A stretch of 64,000 bases of DNA from an uncultured delta proteobacterium. GTDB taxonomy: Bacteria; Desulfobacterota; Desulfobacteria; Desulfobacterales; QNYZ01. A model generated the notes under the pieces. That model had not been told where the DNA came from and made no database searches. It worked only from the letters and a program-made list of their open reading frames with translations. Position numbers and translations under genes: made by a program. Position 1 is the stretch's first letter, and the number at the start of each line of letters is the position of its first letter. Of this stretch, positions 52,394-63,488 are shown piece after piece. The stretch lies in assembly GCA_963845145.1 (NCBI GenBank), contig CAWJQU010000005.1, positions 640,001-704,000 of the forward strand, read 5' to 3'.

Positions 52394-52451
52394 TATTTGA
52401 CAGACACAATAATTCAGTGTGGCAGCTTTAGTCGATTAATCAAGCAATTAC

Positions 52452-53578
52452 CTACCTGTCTCTGCGGTGCAGCCTTTCAATGGATATTCGAATACTGTTC
52501 TGCATTCTGACAATGGCATCAGCCAGAGCTCCGACTTCGTCATTTGATTTAACGGCTATCTCTGCGTCTAATTCCCCAACGCTTATCCTGTCCGCCACTT
52601 CTGTGAGGTTCCTGATCTTGCCGGATACGTTATTACCGTAAATAAAAAGAGATGGTTGCAATCAATAATGTTGTTGCAACGAGAATAATAATAACAATTC
52701 GCATGGTGTTTTCAGTTATGGAATTAGCACGGGCCTGAAGGTCTTTAACAGGCTGTGAAAATTCATCTATATAAGTGGTACTGGGCAAAAACAGATCGGT
52801 ACCCTCAATCGGTACAATGACCATATACTTATCACGATCATCAAGAAAACGGTAATATCCACCGCCTTCCGTTTGGGTTTTAAATACCTTTTTGTGAATG
52901 TCTATAAAGCCTTTTGATCCTTCTTCGCCGAACTTTTTTCTCATGGCTTTATAAACGTCGGCTCCTACAAGCTTGTCGTTTGGATGGGACCAGATTCGAC
53001 ACGGTTCCGTATCGGTTGGTAAATTTATAATAACCGTGTATCCCGATTTGCCAACATTCTGTACAGCAATTTTTTTAAATTCCGGGTCTTTACTGAAATC
53101 CTCCCTTTTCATTCCGGGATGAGTCTCCAGATAAAGCTTCACTTCCCTTGCAACCGCCCTACCTTTCTCAGTTATGATCTGTTCGGCCATCTTAGTGACT
53201 ATTTTGGAGCTATCTCCGGTGATAAGGTTAGACAGCGACCTCATACGATCAAGGTAAAATAGACTTGCGCCTACAATCAAAAGTACAGGAATTATGATAA
53301 ACAGAACCATCATCTTGCCCCGTATGCCAATTCCTTTGATTTCTGATGCCGGTTTGGCTGCAATTTTGCTCATAGTTGCCGGGCTTAGTTTGAGGCCCCG
53401 GAGGCGTCGCAGGCTGGTCACCCCCCCCTTGAGCTAGCGCTCTTCCCGGTGAGGGTCGATGGGCACTGATGACATCCCCGCAGGACTTACACTTAAATTT
53501 AACCGTGTCCTTTGTTATCTGATCAAAATCGACGTCATACTTCTTACCGCATTGCTCACATACCTTGATCATTTTCAT
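52452..53578 (-). CDS. Zinc-ribbon / membrane sensor / HAMP protein, frameshifts near 53430 and 52640
   Basis: CEQCGKKY...CKSCG, TM, Cache-like VGKSGY region, TM, HAMP (SNDEVGALADAIVRMQ); no catalytic output domain. Confidence 0.75.
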
Positions 53579-54016
53579 AGCCCTTTCGTTATAAATGTTG
53601 ATAGCGATGCCATTCGTTCGGCGCCATCCGATGATTAAAATCCCTCATCAATGCGCCAAATACCATTTGATATGAATCAGTCATCACAGAAACGGGACGG
53701 TAAATCTTTTTTTATTCCCCTCTGGTATGTCCCTATAACTTTGTAATTGTGTAATTACAGAATCACTTTTCTTTGGCATTTGTTGAATCCATAAACGTAT
53801 TCGTAAAAGCGAGCCAACCACCTGAATCCCGTTGAAAGTGGTTCCCCAAAATATGGCTACCTCCCGATATCGTTGCCGCTGATATCAGCCATTCGATAAG
53901 TAACAACGAAACGTTCGAAATCCGGAGGATCGATTTTGAGCAAAAAACCCTCGGATGTCATTGCTGTGTAAAATGATAGATTAAATTACATAAGCAGAGA
54001 ATAGGCAATATAGGAA

Positions 54017-54032
54017 AGCAAATAATATGCCA
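54017..54032 (-). promoter_or_regulatory. Sigma-54 (-24/-12) promoter
   Basis: Minus strand TGGCAT-ATTAT-TTGCT. Confidence 0.6.
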
Positions 54033-54460
54033 CAGATGGCGGGGAAGATATTTTCGGGGGCCGTTTGGGGTCGGCCCAATATCGTCTTTTTTGAGGGTAA
54101 AATGAAAATTTTAGGGATTGGGTGAGTCAGGAGCTATTTTTCTATATCTCACTTTTTGGAATAAAAAAAGCGTTATCGGGCCGGAAAGCCAGTCGCTACA
54201 AAGGGAATTCGGAGATATTGAAACCAACTGGGCCGCTACTAAAATTTTGGCCATGATCATTTAGGACATTTCATTCAGCAGGAGTCGGCATGGTTGTAAT
54301 TATACTAGATGCCATAGGAAGATCGACTGCAATCATTTCGGGAAAAGTACGCTGCGGACCCTAAACGGATTGAAATGGTCAATTCTGTCCGGATGGAGAT
54401 TGAGCTATAGTCCGGACATTCCGCCTATTGCGGCTATGTGTTCTATTTAATGCAGCAGAT

Positions 54461-55168
54461 TTAAATTCGTGTAAAACTGAAATTGCATTTTGATGCACCT
54501 CTTGATAAATTTTCCGGGCGATCAAATTTAAATCCTAATTGTGTCCCCGCGCCAGGAAATGTCGCTTCATCAATATAGCACCATGGAAAACAAAACGCCG
54601 AATTCCCGCACTCTTTGGAAATTTCATTAGCAGCGCAATAGGTCATATTATAGGCTAACATATCCTCTGTATCGCTTACGGTTTCAAATTTATGAAGTCC
54701 TTCTTCTTCAAAGATGTTTTGAGCTACTTTTATGAAAGTCTTGAAGCTAATAAAAGGATCATCGCAGGCCTTAAGCGCCTCAATCTGAATTCCAAAAGAA
54801 TTAAATGCCAATTTTTTAAATACAAATTCTTCCTCAGTTTTGTCCAATACCTTGGATACAATTTCTTGTGCTCGTTCTATCCCTGCCACGTCCGCCAGAA
54901 CTTTCATCAGAAGAATCGGGTATAAAAGAATCTGGATGCCACTTATGGGAAACCCATGCTTTTCAATGGCAGACCAGTTATGATGTTTCATCTTTTTCTT
55001 TTCCCTATAAAAATTCCAACCCAGCTTCATCATGCGGATAAGGCCGAATTCTTTCCAAAGTACTTTCCCAATCATTTTTGTTTGAATTTTACCAATGACT
55101 TTGGATTCCGGACTTGATAGTGAATCAACAAATCCCTTGCCATAACCAGTTATGTTTTCAACCTTCAT
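54461..55168 (-). CDS. ATC hydrolase-like protein
   Basis: YNMTYC, WCYID, LSRGASKCNF. Confidence 0.7.
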   Translation of the reverse strand: MKVENITGYGKGFVDSLSSPESKVIGKIQTKMIGKVLWKEFGLIRMMKLGWNFYREKKKMKHHNWSAIEKHGFPISGIQILLYPILLMKVLADVAGIERAQEIVSKVLDKTEEEFVFKKLAFNSFGIQIEALKACDDPFISFKTFIKVAQNIFEEEGLHKFETVSDTEDMLAYNMTYCAANEISKECGNSAFCFPWCYIDEATFPGAGTQLGFKFDRPENLSRGASKCNFSFTRI

Positions 55169-55823
55169 GTTTTTTTAACTCCTTCGTAATATAATTTTTA
55201 TTGATTGCACCTGAAAAAGTCTGGCTCACAAGCGGTTTTAACATTTCAAGGGCAGATACCGCACTTATTGTCGGGGCATTTACTATTAAAATCAGTACAA
55301 ATATATAGTTGGACCATAAAGCTGTAGCCAATGTATAATTGTCCACCTCTTTTTTGATTTCATTCCTGTTTTTACCCTCCTGAATTAATTCAATAACTTT
55401 TACACCTAAACGCATTATCTGATTTTCTAATTCTTTAGCCCACTTGCCCCCATGAAAGAGACTGTGTTCTACAAGCATTTTTGATAAAATAGGTCTGACT
55501 TCATAATATTTAAAAAAACTTTCTGCTATATAAAGAAATTGCTTTTCCACGGTTGTTTTTTCAGGGATGGTTTTTATTGCTTTTCTCTGAGTAATTTCAA
55601 TATCATCATATAACTTGGCAGCCAGAAGAGCGGATTTGTTTTCAAAATGTTTAAAAATTGCCCCTGGACTTATCCCTGCTTTTGCAGCAACTTTTCTCAT
55701 GGTTGTTTTTTCATATCCCAAAGATTCAAACATATCTCCAGCTACGTTGAGAATGAGAGCATATGTTTCAGCCTTTTGCTTTTTTCTGAGATTTCCAGTT
55801 GGATTATCTTGTTTGTTTTTCAC
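55158..55823 (-). CDS. TetR/AcrR-family regulator
   Basis: GYEKTTMRKVAAKAGISPGAIFKHF. Confidence 0.92.
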   Translation of the reverse strand: MKNKQDNPTGNLRKKQKAETYALILNVAGDMFESLGYEKTTMRKVAAKAGISPGAIFKHFENKSALLAAKLYDDIEITQRKAIKTIPEKTTVEKQFLYIAESFFKYYEVRPILSKMLVEHSLFHGGKWAKELENQIMRLGVKVIELIQEGKNRNEIKKEVDNYTLATALWSNYIFVLILIVNAPTISAVSALEMLKPLVSQTFSGAINKNYITKELKKHEG

Positions 55824-55839
55824 TATTATCCACCTCTTA

Positions 55840-55880
55840 TTTCAGTAAACATGGTCACTTTGTTATCATGTTTACTGAAA
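55840..55880. promoter_or_regulatory. Inverted repeat with 14-bp arms, candidate TetR operator
   Basis: tttcagtaaacatg-13 bp-catgtttactgaaa just upstream of the RBS. Confidence 0.65.
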
Positions 55881-55961
55881 AAATCAAGTAATATTTTTGA
55901 ATTTGGAAAAAAATGAGCGCTGTTTGAGAAATCTATGATATTGAAATTTATAATTTTTAAT

Positions 55962-55978
55962 TGTCACCGCTGGTGACA
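55962..55978. promoter_or_regulatory. Palindrome, candidate operator for the second TetR
   Basis: tgtcacc-gct-ggtgaca between the two tetR genes. Confidence 0.5.
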
Positions 55979-55994
55979 TATCGGACAAAAAATT

Positions 55995-56612
55995 TTACCT
56001 TCTGAAAATTCCTTTTAATAACAGATCAATACCTCTGTTTATTCTGTTCCATCCCTTCTCAGATTCAAGATCAATACCGCCGATAGAAGTGGTTATTCTT
56101 GATTTTACTAATAGATGGTTAACGGCCCCTCCCATCAGCACCACAATTGCTGACAAATTTTCATCATCTGGAATTTTATCAAGGTACTCAAAATATTCGA
56201 GAATTGTTCTTATACGAATATCTTCGAGTTGTTTTGTAAGTTCATTTCGTTCCAAAAGCTCCCATGCAAGGATATCCAGAGTAAGAGGCCTTTTCCTTAA
56301 TGCGGAAAGAAAAGATTTGAAAAATTCAGCGACTTGTTCATCCGGAGGCATTTTCTTGACTCGATCAGGATCCGCACCTATTAATTCTTCAACTGTGGGC
56401 CAGAAATCAACGGTTCTGCTATATTCCCCTATTAACTCCGCAAGCCCTCCGAAATACCGATAAACGAGAACCTTGTCTACGCCGGCCATTTTTGCTACTT
56501 TGTTTACGCCAAGGCCCTTAAACCCATCTTCCCCTAACACCTTTCCTACAGCTTTAATAAGTTTTTCTTTTGTTTGTTCCTTACGATCAATTTGAATTAA
56601 TTTCATTTTCAT
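55995..56612 (-). CDS. TetR/AcrR-family regulator
   Basis: GFKGLGVNKVAKMAGVDKVLVYRYFGG. Confidence 0.92.
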   Translation of the reverse strand: MKMKLIQIDRKEQTKEKLIKAVGKVLGEDGFKGLGVNKVAKMAGVDKVLVYRYFGGLAELIGEYSRTVDFWPTVEELIGADPDRVKKMPPDEQVAEFFKSFLSALRKRPLTLDILAWELLERNELTKQLEDIRIRTILEYFEYLDKIPDDENLSAIVVLMGGAVNHLLVKSRITTSIGGIDLESEKGWNRINRGIDLLLKGIFRR

Positions 56613-56707
56613 TTCCACTCGAAAATTATTACCAATGGCCGCTCGTGAATTCATACAACGCCATAATAACATTGAGCTTCTTACAGAACCTAGAGAAGTT
56701 GATTAAA

Positions 56708-57745
56708 TTAGTGCGCGTCATTAACCCGGATAACTAATTTTCCAAAATTCTGGCCGTCTAACATACCGATAAAAGCTTTTGGCGCACTTTCTAACCCGTC
56801 AACCAGATGTTCACGGTATTTTATCTGTCCTGCGCTTAGCCATTGAGACATATCCTTTGCAAATTCGTCATAGCGGTGGCCATAATCATCAAAAATAATG
56901 AATCCCTGAACCTTTAAGCGTTTGACTAAAATGGTGCCCATAAGGCGAGAGAGGCGGTCCGGCTTATCGGGAAGCTTTGTCGCATTGTATTGGGAAATGA
57001 GCCCACACACAGGAATTCTGGCTTTTGTATTGAGTAGTGGCAAGACGGCATCAAAGACTTTGCCCCCTACGCTCTCGAAATAGATGTCAATTCCCTTGGG
57101 GCAAACGTGACTGAGTTGGTCGGCAAAATCCGAAGATTTGTGATCCAGGCACTCATCAAAACCAAGGACCTCTTTTGCGTATTTACATTTTTCGCTACCG
57201 CCGGCTACACCGACAACACGACAGCCTTTCAGCTTCCCTATTTGTCCCACCGTGGCGCCAACCGGACCTGTGGCCGCAGCGACGACCAGGGTCTCGCCCT
57301 CTTTGGGTTGGCCAATATCTAACAAACCCATGTAAGCAGTAAAACCCGGCATGCCCATTATTCCCAATGCATAAGAGGGATTTGGGGGGTTTTCCCCTAA
57401 TCGGGTCAGGCCTGAACCATCAGAAAGCGCATAATCCTGCCAGCCACTAAAAGCAAGCACCCACTCTCCCTGTTTGTAGTCAGGATGCCGTGACACTTCA
57501 ACCTGACAAACCGTTCCACCCACCATCACCCCATTGACCTGCACAGGGTCTGCATAGGATGGCGCATCGCTCATCCTGCCCCGCATATAAGGGTCAAGGG
57601 AGAGATACTCGGTGCGTAACAGCACCTGGCCTTCAGCCGGTTCAGGTATCGGCGTGTTCTCCAGGCGAAAGTTCTCTGAAACCGGCTTACCGTGGGGGCG
57701 CCCAGCCAATACGATACAGCGATTGTGTTCTTTAGTTTGAGACAT
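56708..57745 (-). CDS. curA: NADPH-dependent oxidoreductase (CurA/YncB family)
   Basis: YLSLDPYMRGRM, GMPGFTAYMGL, AAATGPVG, GQNFGK. Confidence 0.88.
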   Translation of the reverse strand: MSQTKEHNRCIVLAGRPHGKPVSENFRLENTPIPEPAEGQVLLRTEYLSLDPYMRGRMSDAPSYADPVQVNGVMVGGTVCQVEVSRHPDYKQGEWVLAFSGWQDYALSDGSGLTRLGENPPNPSYALGIMGMPGFTAYMGLLDIGQPKEGETLVVAAATGPVGATVGQIGKLKGCRVVGVAGGSEKCKYAKEVLGFDECLDHKSSDFADQLSHVCPKGIDIYFESVGGKVFDAVLPLLNTKARIPVCGLISQYNATKLPDKPDRLSRLMGTILVKRLKVQGFIIFDDYGHRYDEFAKDMSQWLSAGQIKYREHLVDGLESAPKAFIGMLDGQNFGKLVIRVNDAH

Positions 57746-57855
57746 GGTCTCCTTTTTTATTTTATTTCCGATAAATGAGTTTGGATCTGTTCTCAGTGTT
57801 TTGGTTTCTTTTATTATATCAATACAATCTGACCGGTCGTCTTATTTGTCAAGAA

Positions 57856-57985
57856 TGATGGCTTAGTAATCCACCTGTGGCGGATTGCGTTGCGCCTCAC
57901 GACACCGGATTCGCGACGCCTTGATCTTGTCCGCCTTGGCGGATTACTTTGCCATCCCTATTGATGTCTTTTTACGATTTCATCA
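57856..57985 (-). mobile_element. Internally deleted reverse copy of the 165-bp MITE
   Basis: Reverse complement of gggatggcaaagtaatccgccaaggcggacaag...aaggcgtcgcgaatcc; TGATG...CATCA ends. Confidence 0.75.
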
Positions 57986-58100
57986 AGTGTGATATAGAGA
58001 TTAAAATTATGGCTTGTGTTCATATAAAATCTATCTGTTAGCTTGGCCCGGCCTAAAAACAGCCTCTAACAGGCTGCTGGAAGAGGATTATTTCTAACTA

Positions 58101-59787
58101 GTGTCCATCGAAAGCTATAACTATCTGAAACTCATAAAAAAAGCGCATTTTGCGGTAGCAATTCTTTTCGTTTTGTGGTATATTAAAAGTCACTAAACAC
58201 TCAATAATACTACAAAAACAGAAAAGGAGCTGGTCGCAAAATGCGCGAAAAATGGCCCAAACAAATGCCCCTGATGGCTCACATTCTCGATCATCCCCAA
58301 AGCAAGGAACTGGAAGTGATCAGTGGGATTGTCGATGCAAAACCTACCATCTGTGAGTATATTCTGCAAGATTTAAACAGAGGCAAGTCCAAGACCCAGC
58401 GCGCCGGCGCCAAAGGTATGAGCGCCGAACAAGTGCTACGCTTTATCATCGTCAAAGTCCTTTTCGGTTTCACTTATGAAGAATTGGCCTTCCACATCGT
58501 CGACTCGCAAAGCCTGCGCTGGTTTTGCCGCATCGGCATGGCCGAAGAAGGGTTTAAAAAATCTGCCTTGAACCGCAATATCAAAGCCATCAGTGATCAG
58601 ACCTGGGAGATGGTCAACCGCGATATTCTGGAATATGCCAAAAAAGAGGGCATCGAAAAGGGCCGCAAAGTGCGCACGGACTGTACCTGCGTTGAGTCCA
58701 ACATTCACCAGCCATGGGATTCGACCCTGTTGGGCGACTGTGTACGTGTATTGACGCGGCTTATTGTGCGCAGCCGGGATGAGTTCGGGCTCAAGGTGCC
58801 GCAATTTAGCAACCATAACCGACGGGCCAAACGTCGGATGCTGGCGGTTATGAATGCCAAGGGTAAAAAGCCACGCAAGGTGGCCTATGTCGACTTGCTC
58901 AAAATTACCGGCAAGGTGCGCGGTTATGCCCACGCGGCGGCACAGATGATCAAAAAGAGTGCGCTCGCACCCAGCGCGATTGCTCTTTTTGCCCAAATCA
59001 ATCACTATGCCGAGCTTACCGAAAAGGTCATCGACCAGACCCATCGCAGGGTTGTTCTGGGCCAGAGCGTTGCTGCCGCTGACAAAGTGGTATCGATCTT
59101 CGAACCTCACACCGACGTTATTGTCAAGGATCGCCGGGATGTGATTTTCGGCCACAAGATCTGCCTGACCGGCGGAGCCTCCAATTTGATCCTGGATTGC
59201 CTGATTGTCGAAGGCAATCCAGCCGATGTAGATTTGGCCATCCCGATGTTAGACCGGCAAAAAGAAATCTATGGCCGATACCCGCTCAAAGTCTGCTTTG
59301 ACGGCGGCTTTGCATCTAAAGACAATCTGAAACAGGCCAAGGCGGCCTCGCGCAAGATAAAGGATGTCTGCTTTGCCAAAAAGCGCGGTCTGAAAGAAAC
59401 AGATATGTGCCGCAGTGAATATGTGTATCATAGGCTTCGCCGGTTCAGGGCCGGGATTGAGTCGGGCATTTCCTGGCTCAAACGTTCCATGGGGCTGGCA
59501 CGATGTATGTGGAAAGGCTGGTACGGCTTTAAGTCATATGTCTGGTCATCGATTGTCGCGGCCAATTTATTGACCATTGCAAGGACCAAGCTGGCGTCAA
59601 CTTAAAAATTGCGGCCTTTATCCATTGTTGGTTCTCGCGCAGCAGCAGAGGTGCGCTCAAAATACGAAGAAAACGAAAAATATCTATGCTATCCAAATAT
59701 TTGCAGCAGATTATCATAGAACAAACCTTTTGGAACCATCGCTGTAGTATTTGGACTGCTTAAAACTACCGATTATTGGATGGACAC
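58101..59787 (+). mobile_element. Insertion sequence, 1687 bp, 6-bp TSD TAACTA (ISNCY/IS5-like)
   Basis: taacta|gtgtccatc ... gatggacac|taacta enclosing one transposase. Confidence 0.88.
58241..59605 (+). CDS. DDE transposase
   Basis: RTDCTCVESNIH, VSIFEPHT, FGHK, FDGGF, FRAGIESGISWLKR. Confidence 0.92.
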   Translation: MREKWPKQMPLMAHILDHPQSKELEVISGIVDAKPTICEYILQDLNRGKSKTQRAGAKGMSAEQVLRFIIVKVLFGFTYEELAFHIVDSQSLRWFCRIGMAEEGFKKSALNRNIKAISDQTWEMVNRDILEYAKKEGIEKGRKVRTDCTCVESNIHQPWDSTLLGDCVRVLTRLIVRSRDEFGLKVPQFSNHNRRAKRRMLAVMNAKGKKPRKVAYVDLLKITGKVRGYAHAAAQMIKKSALAPSAIALFAQINHYAELTEKVIDQTHRRVVLGQSVAAADKVVSIFEPHTDVIVKDRRDVIFGHKICLTGGASNLILDCLIVEGNPADVDLAIPMLDRQKEIYGRYPLKVCFDGGFASKDNLKQAKAASRKIKDVCFAKKRGLKETDMCRSEYVYHRLRRFRAGIESGISWLKRSMGLARCMWKGWYGFKSYVWSSIVAANLLTIARTKLAST

Positions 59788-59792
59788 TAACT

Positions 59793-60698
59793 ATGCGCAA
59801 ATTAGCTTTTGGATACTCAACCAGATGCAATATCAAATGCGAGCACTGTGTGGCTGTGGAAGATATTCCTGATAGCAAGAAAATGGATCATAATAAGGCA
59901 AAAGAAATCATTGTCGAAATGGCCCAGGCAGGTGTTGGCGGAATAAGTTTTTCCGCGGGTGAACCGTTTCTGTATGTCAATGAAATTGCAGAACTGGTGA
60001 AACTGTGCAAACAAATCGGAATATATACGAGAATGGTGACTAATAGTTATTGGGCGAAGACAGCAGAGGCTTCCGAAAGCCTGGTGTCAGCATTGAAAGA
60101 AAACGGGCTTTGCCAATTGAGATTGAGTTACTCAAGGTGGCACCAGAAGAATATAGATCGGAACAATGTGTTGAATGCGGCACGCAGCTGCCAAAAGGTC
60201 GGGTTAAATTATTTTATTTCATTCGTTACCGATTTTTCCATAGAGGACGACCCCTATGAACAGTTTTTACGGGATCATGGTCTTATATTTTTTCCCGAAC
60301 CCGTCATATATGCAGGTCGCGCCACATCTTTCAAACGCAGGGAAATCATGACTGATTATCAGGCCAATTGTTGCGACATGAACCCCTATCTTACGCCGGA
60401 TCTTGACATGTACGCCTGCTGCGATGCAGGGACCCATTTCCCGGAAACAAACTTTTTCCACCTTGGGAACCTAAACGACAATACAATGGAACAGCTTTTT
60501 ACTAAAACTGAAACAGACCGCCTGTACGGCCTCATCAGAACCATGGGGTTGACCAATATTGCATCCTTTACCGGTATGAAAGCCCGCGAGATCATCACCT
60601 ATAGTAAATGCGAGCTGTGTCGAAAACTGTTCAACACCCCTGGGACCTTAACGCGGCTGCGGGCCGAAGTGTCGCAACTGGCGGCCTGGAGCAGATAG
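59793..60698 (+). CDS. Radical SAM protein
   Basis: CNIKCEHC, SFSAGEPF, VTNSYWA, YACC, CELC. Confidence 0.88.
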   Translation: MRKLAFGYSTRCNIKCEHCVAVEDIPDSKKMDHNKAKEIIVEMAQAGVGGISFSAGEPFLYVNEIAELVKLCKQIGIYTRMVTNSYWAKTAEASESLVSALKENGLCQLRLSYSRWHQKNIDRNNVLNAARSCQKVGLNYFISFVTDFSIEDDPYEQFLRDHGLIFFPEPVIYAGRATSFKRREIMTDYQANCCDMNPYLTPDLDMYACCDAGTHFPETNFFHLGNLNDNTMEQLFTKTETDRLYGLIRTMGLTNIASFTGMKAREIITYSKCELCRKLFNTPGTLTRLRAEVSQLAAWSR

Positions 60699-60787
60699 GG
60701 CGCAATGGGTGGGGAATCGGGCTCGGGGCCAAAGGGTTTATCAAACGACATACATTTTACATGCATGCCGTTTGACGTCACACTTAA

Positions 60788-63254
60788 TCAATTCCCTAAA
60801 GTTGCTTCGTTATGCGTGTTAATTCCGGAAAGCGTCCCAATCATAAGCGCTTCCGGTTTTGGAAGATCAAGATCCAATGTCTCTTTAATCAGGTCCTCAA
60901 CCGTATGAATCGTTACAAATATCAATTGTTCTTTTACATCTTCAGGGATATCAATAAGGTCTTTCTCATTCTCTTCCGGTAAAAGAATTTTTTCGATCCC
61001 AGCCCGGTGGGCGGCCAAAACCTTTTCTTTGATACCCCCGATGGGTAAAATGTGACCCCTTAAGGTGATTTCTCCTGTCATCGCCAGCTTTGGATCAATT
61101 TTTCGGCCCATTATAAGCGAGGCTATCGAAGTAAACATGACAACGCCCGCCGAAGGACCGTCTTTAGGCAATGCACCGGCAGGTACATGGATATGCAGAT
61201 CCTTTTTCTCGAAGTCAAAATCGGGTAATGAAAAGGCCAACCTGGATCTGAACAAGCTCAGAGATATTGTAGCAGATTCTTTCATCACATCTCCCAACTG
61301 ACCGGTTAAAGTCAGCTTGCCATTTCCAGGCATATGGGTTGCCTCAATGAAAAGGATCTCGCCGCCCATCGGTGTCCAGGCAAGTCCGGTAACAACCCCC
61401 GGCGGGTTATCCATTTGGGCCACATCGTGTCTGATTACCGGATGACCCAAAATGTCATCAAGTGAATCCGGGGTAACTTTGTAGGGAAGCTCGGTGGTGC
61501 CTGAAACAATTTTTTCTGAGACAACCCGGGCCACCTTGGCCAGTTGATTACGAAGACCCCGAACACCCGCTTCAACCGTATATTTATCTATGATTGCTTT
61601 TAACGCCTCATCATCAATTTTAAGCTGAGACTTCTCTATGCCATGTTCCTCAAGAACAAGCTTTACAAGGTAATCTTTTCCAATATGAAATTTTTCATTT
61701 CCGGTATAACCCGAAAGTTCAATCACTTCCATCCGGTCTAAAAGTGGTGCGGGGATTCCTCTCCTACTGTTAGCCGTTGCAACAAAAAAGACATCGGACA
61801 GGTCATAGGGGACCTCAAGGTAATGATCGGAAAATGTATGATTCTGTTCCGGATCTAGTAACCTCTAATAATGCACTTGATGGATCTCCATGGAATGCGG
61901 AAACCAGTTTATCCACTTCATCCAGGACGAAAACAGGATTTTTCTCACCTGCTTTTTTCATTCCCTGGATAATTCTACCCGGAAGGGCACCAATATATGT
62001 TCTTCTATGCCCTCTTATTTCAGCTTCATCCCTGATGCCACCCAGGCTGATCCGGACATATTTTCTTTTTAAGGCCTCGGCAATACTCTTTCCAAGGCTG
62101 GTTTTTCCTGTGCCGGGAGGACCCACGAGAAGCAGAATGGACCCTTGTTTTTCTTTTTTCAGCTTCATCACAGACAGGTGCTGAATGATACGTTCTTTTA
62201 CTTTCTTCTGCCCATAGTGATGTTCATCCAGCAGCATAGACGCATTTTTAATATCGATATCTTTTTCTGCTGTAATGCGCCATGGAAGCGCCACAAGAAG
62301 ATCAAGGTAGTTTTTTATGATGCCCGTCTCGTGGCTCCCCTGTCCTTGATCATTTAATTTTGAGAGCTCATCCAATGCAACCTGCTCTATATCTTCGGGC
62401 ATACCTGCGTCTTTAATAAGTCCGGCATAATCTTTTTTACCCCCTGGTTTCGAGGATTTGGGAGAATCCTCATTAAGTTCCTCACGGATATTTTTTAACT
62501 GTTCCTTTAGAAACGCTTTTCTGTAATTTTTATTGGCCTGGTCTGAGAACTTTTGGGCCATCTCGATCTGAAGTTTTATGGATTCTTTATGTTGAATAAG
62601 AATGTCCATAAAGGCAATGCCTCTCTCCTTTAATGAGTCAATTTCTAGAAGATGCTGTTTTTCCTCGATTGGAATTGTCACAAACGGTAGAAGGTATCCC
62701 ATTAATTTCGGGATTGAATCTATCTGTTTGATCGTTTTGACATAGGATTCCGATCCCTTAAAAAAAGTGCTCAATTCATAGGTTATTTTCTTGATATATT
62801 CGAGCATCTGGTCCCGGCCTTTTGAATCTATATCGATATGCTCAGGCGCCGGAAGGTGTATCGCCAGAACTTTACCCGGTGTCGTTCGAATGGATTCAAT
62901 GGCGATTCTGGTGTGCGCCGTTACATGGAAAATATCATGATCGCGCTGTGATGTGTGGGATTTGAGTTGGACCAATGTTCCCATAGAAAAAAATAATTCC
63001 GTATCCACATGATCCGGATTTGTATAATCCCGATCTGTATGAATCGGGTCTGTTCGATTTGGGTCCGTATGATTTGGGTTAAACCTTTCTTTAGTCGTAA
63101 GCGCGACCGCCCAGTCATTTCCCTGGGCTATTTGATTTTTTAAAATTTTAGCCAGGTGACTGCTGACCCGAATTTTTGCGTCTGATTCCGGAAATACGAC
63201 GGTTTGTGTTAACGGTATGACAACAAGCTCTGTGTTCACATGGGTTGACGCCAT
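60788..63254 (-). CDS. lon: Lon protease, frameshift near 61860
   Basis: [38 protein letters not shown]. Confidence 0.93.
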
Positions 63255-63488
63255 TTTATACTCCCTTTTATATCTGTTCACATCCAGTACTTTAGGAATA
63301 TGATAGGCATGATTTAATTTAGTTCAACACAAACTAACATAAAATTGTTTTAAAGGGGAAATTTAACCACTGGCCAAATGGGTTAAAAAAATTGTAAAGC
63401 ATTGAAATACAGTACTTTATCTTGACAAAATTATTTAAGTAAATTAGTAAGTAATGAACAAACTAATATAAATGAGAGTGGGTTTATT

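Noticed and set aside
57829..57852. NemR-like operator upstream of curA
   Set aside because: Only a partial match to a TAGAC-type palindrome and the cognate regulator is unclear
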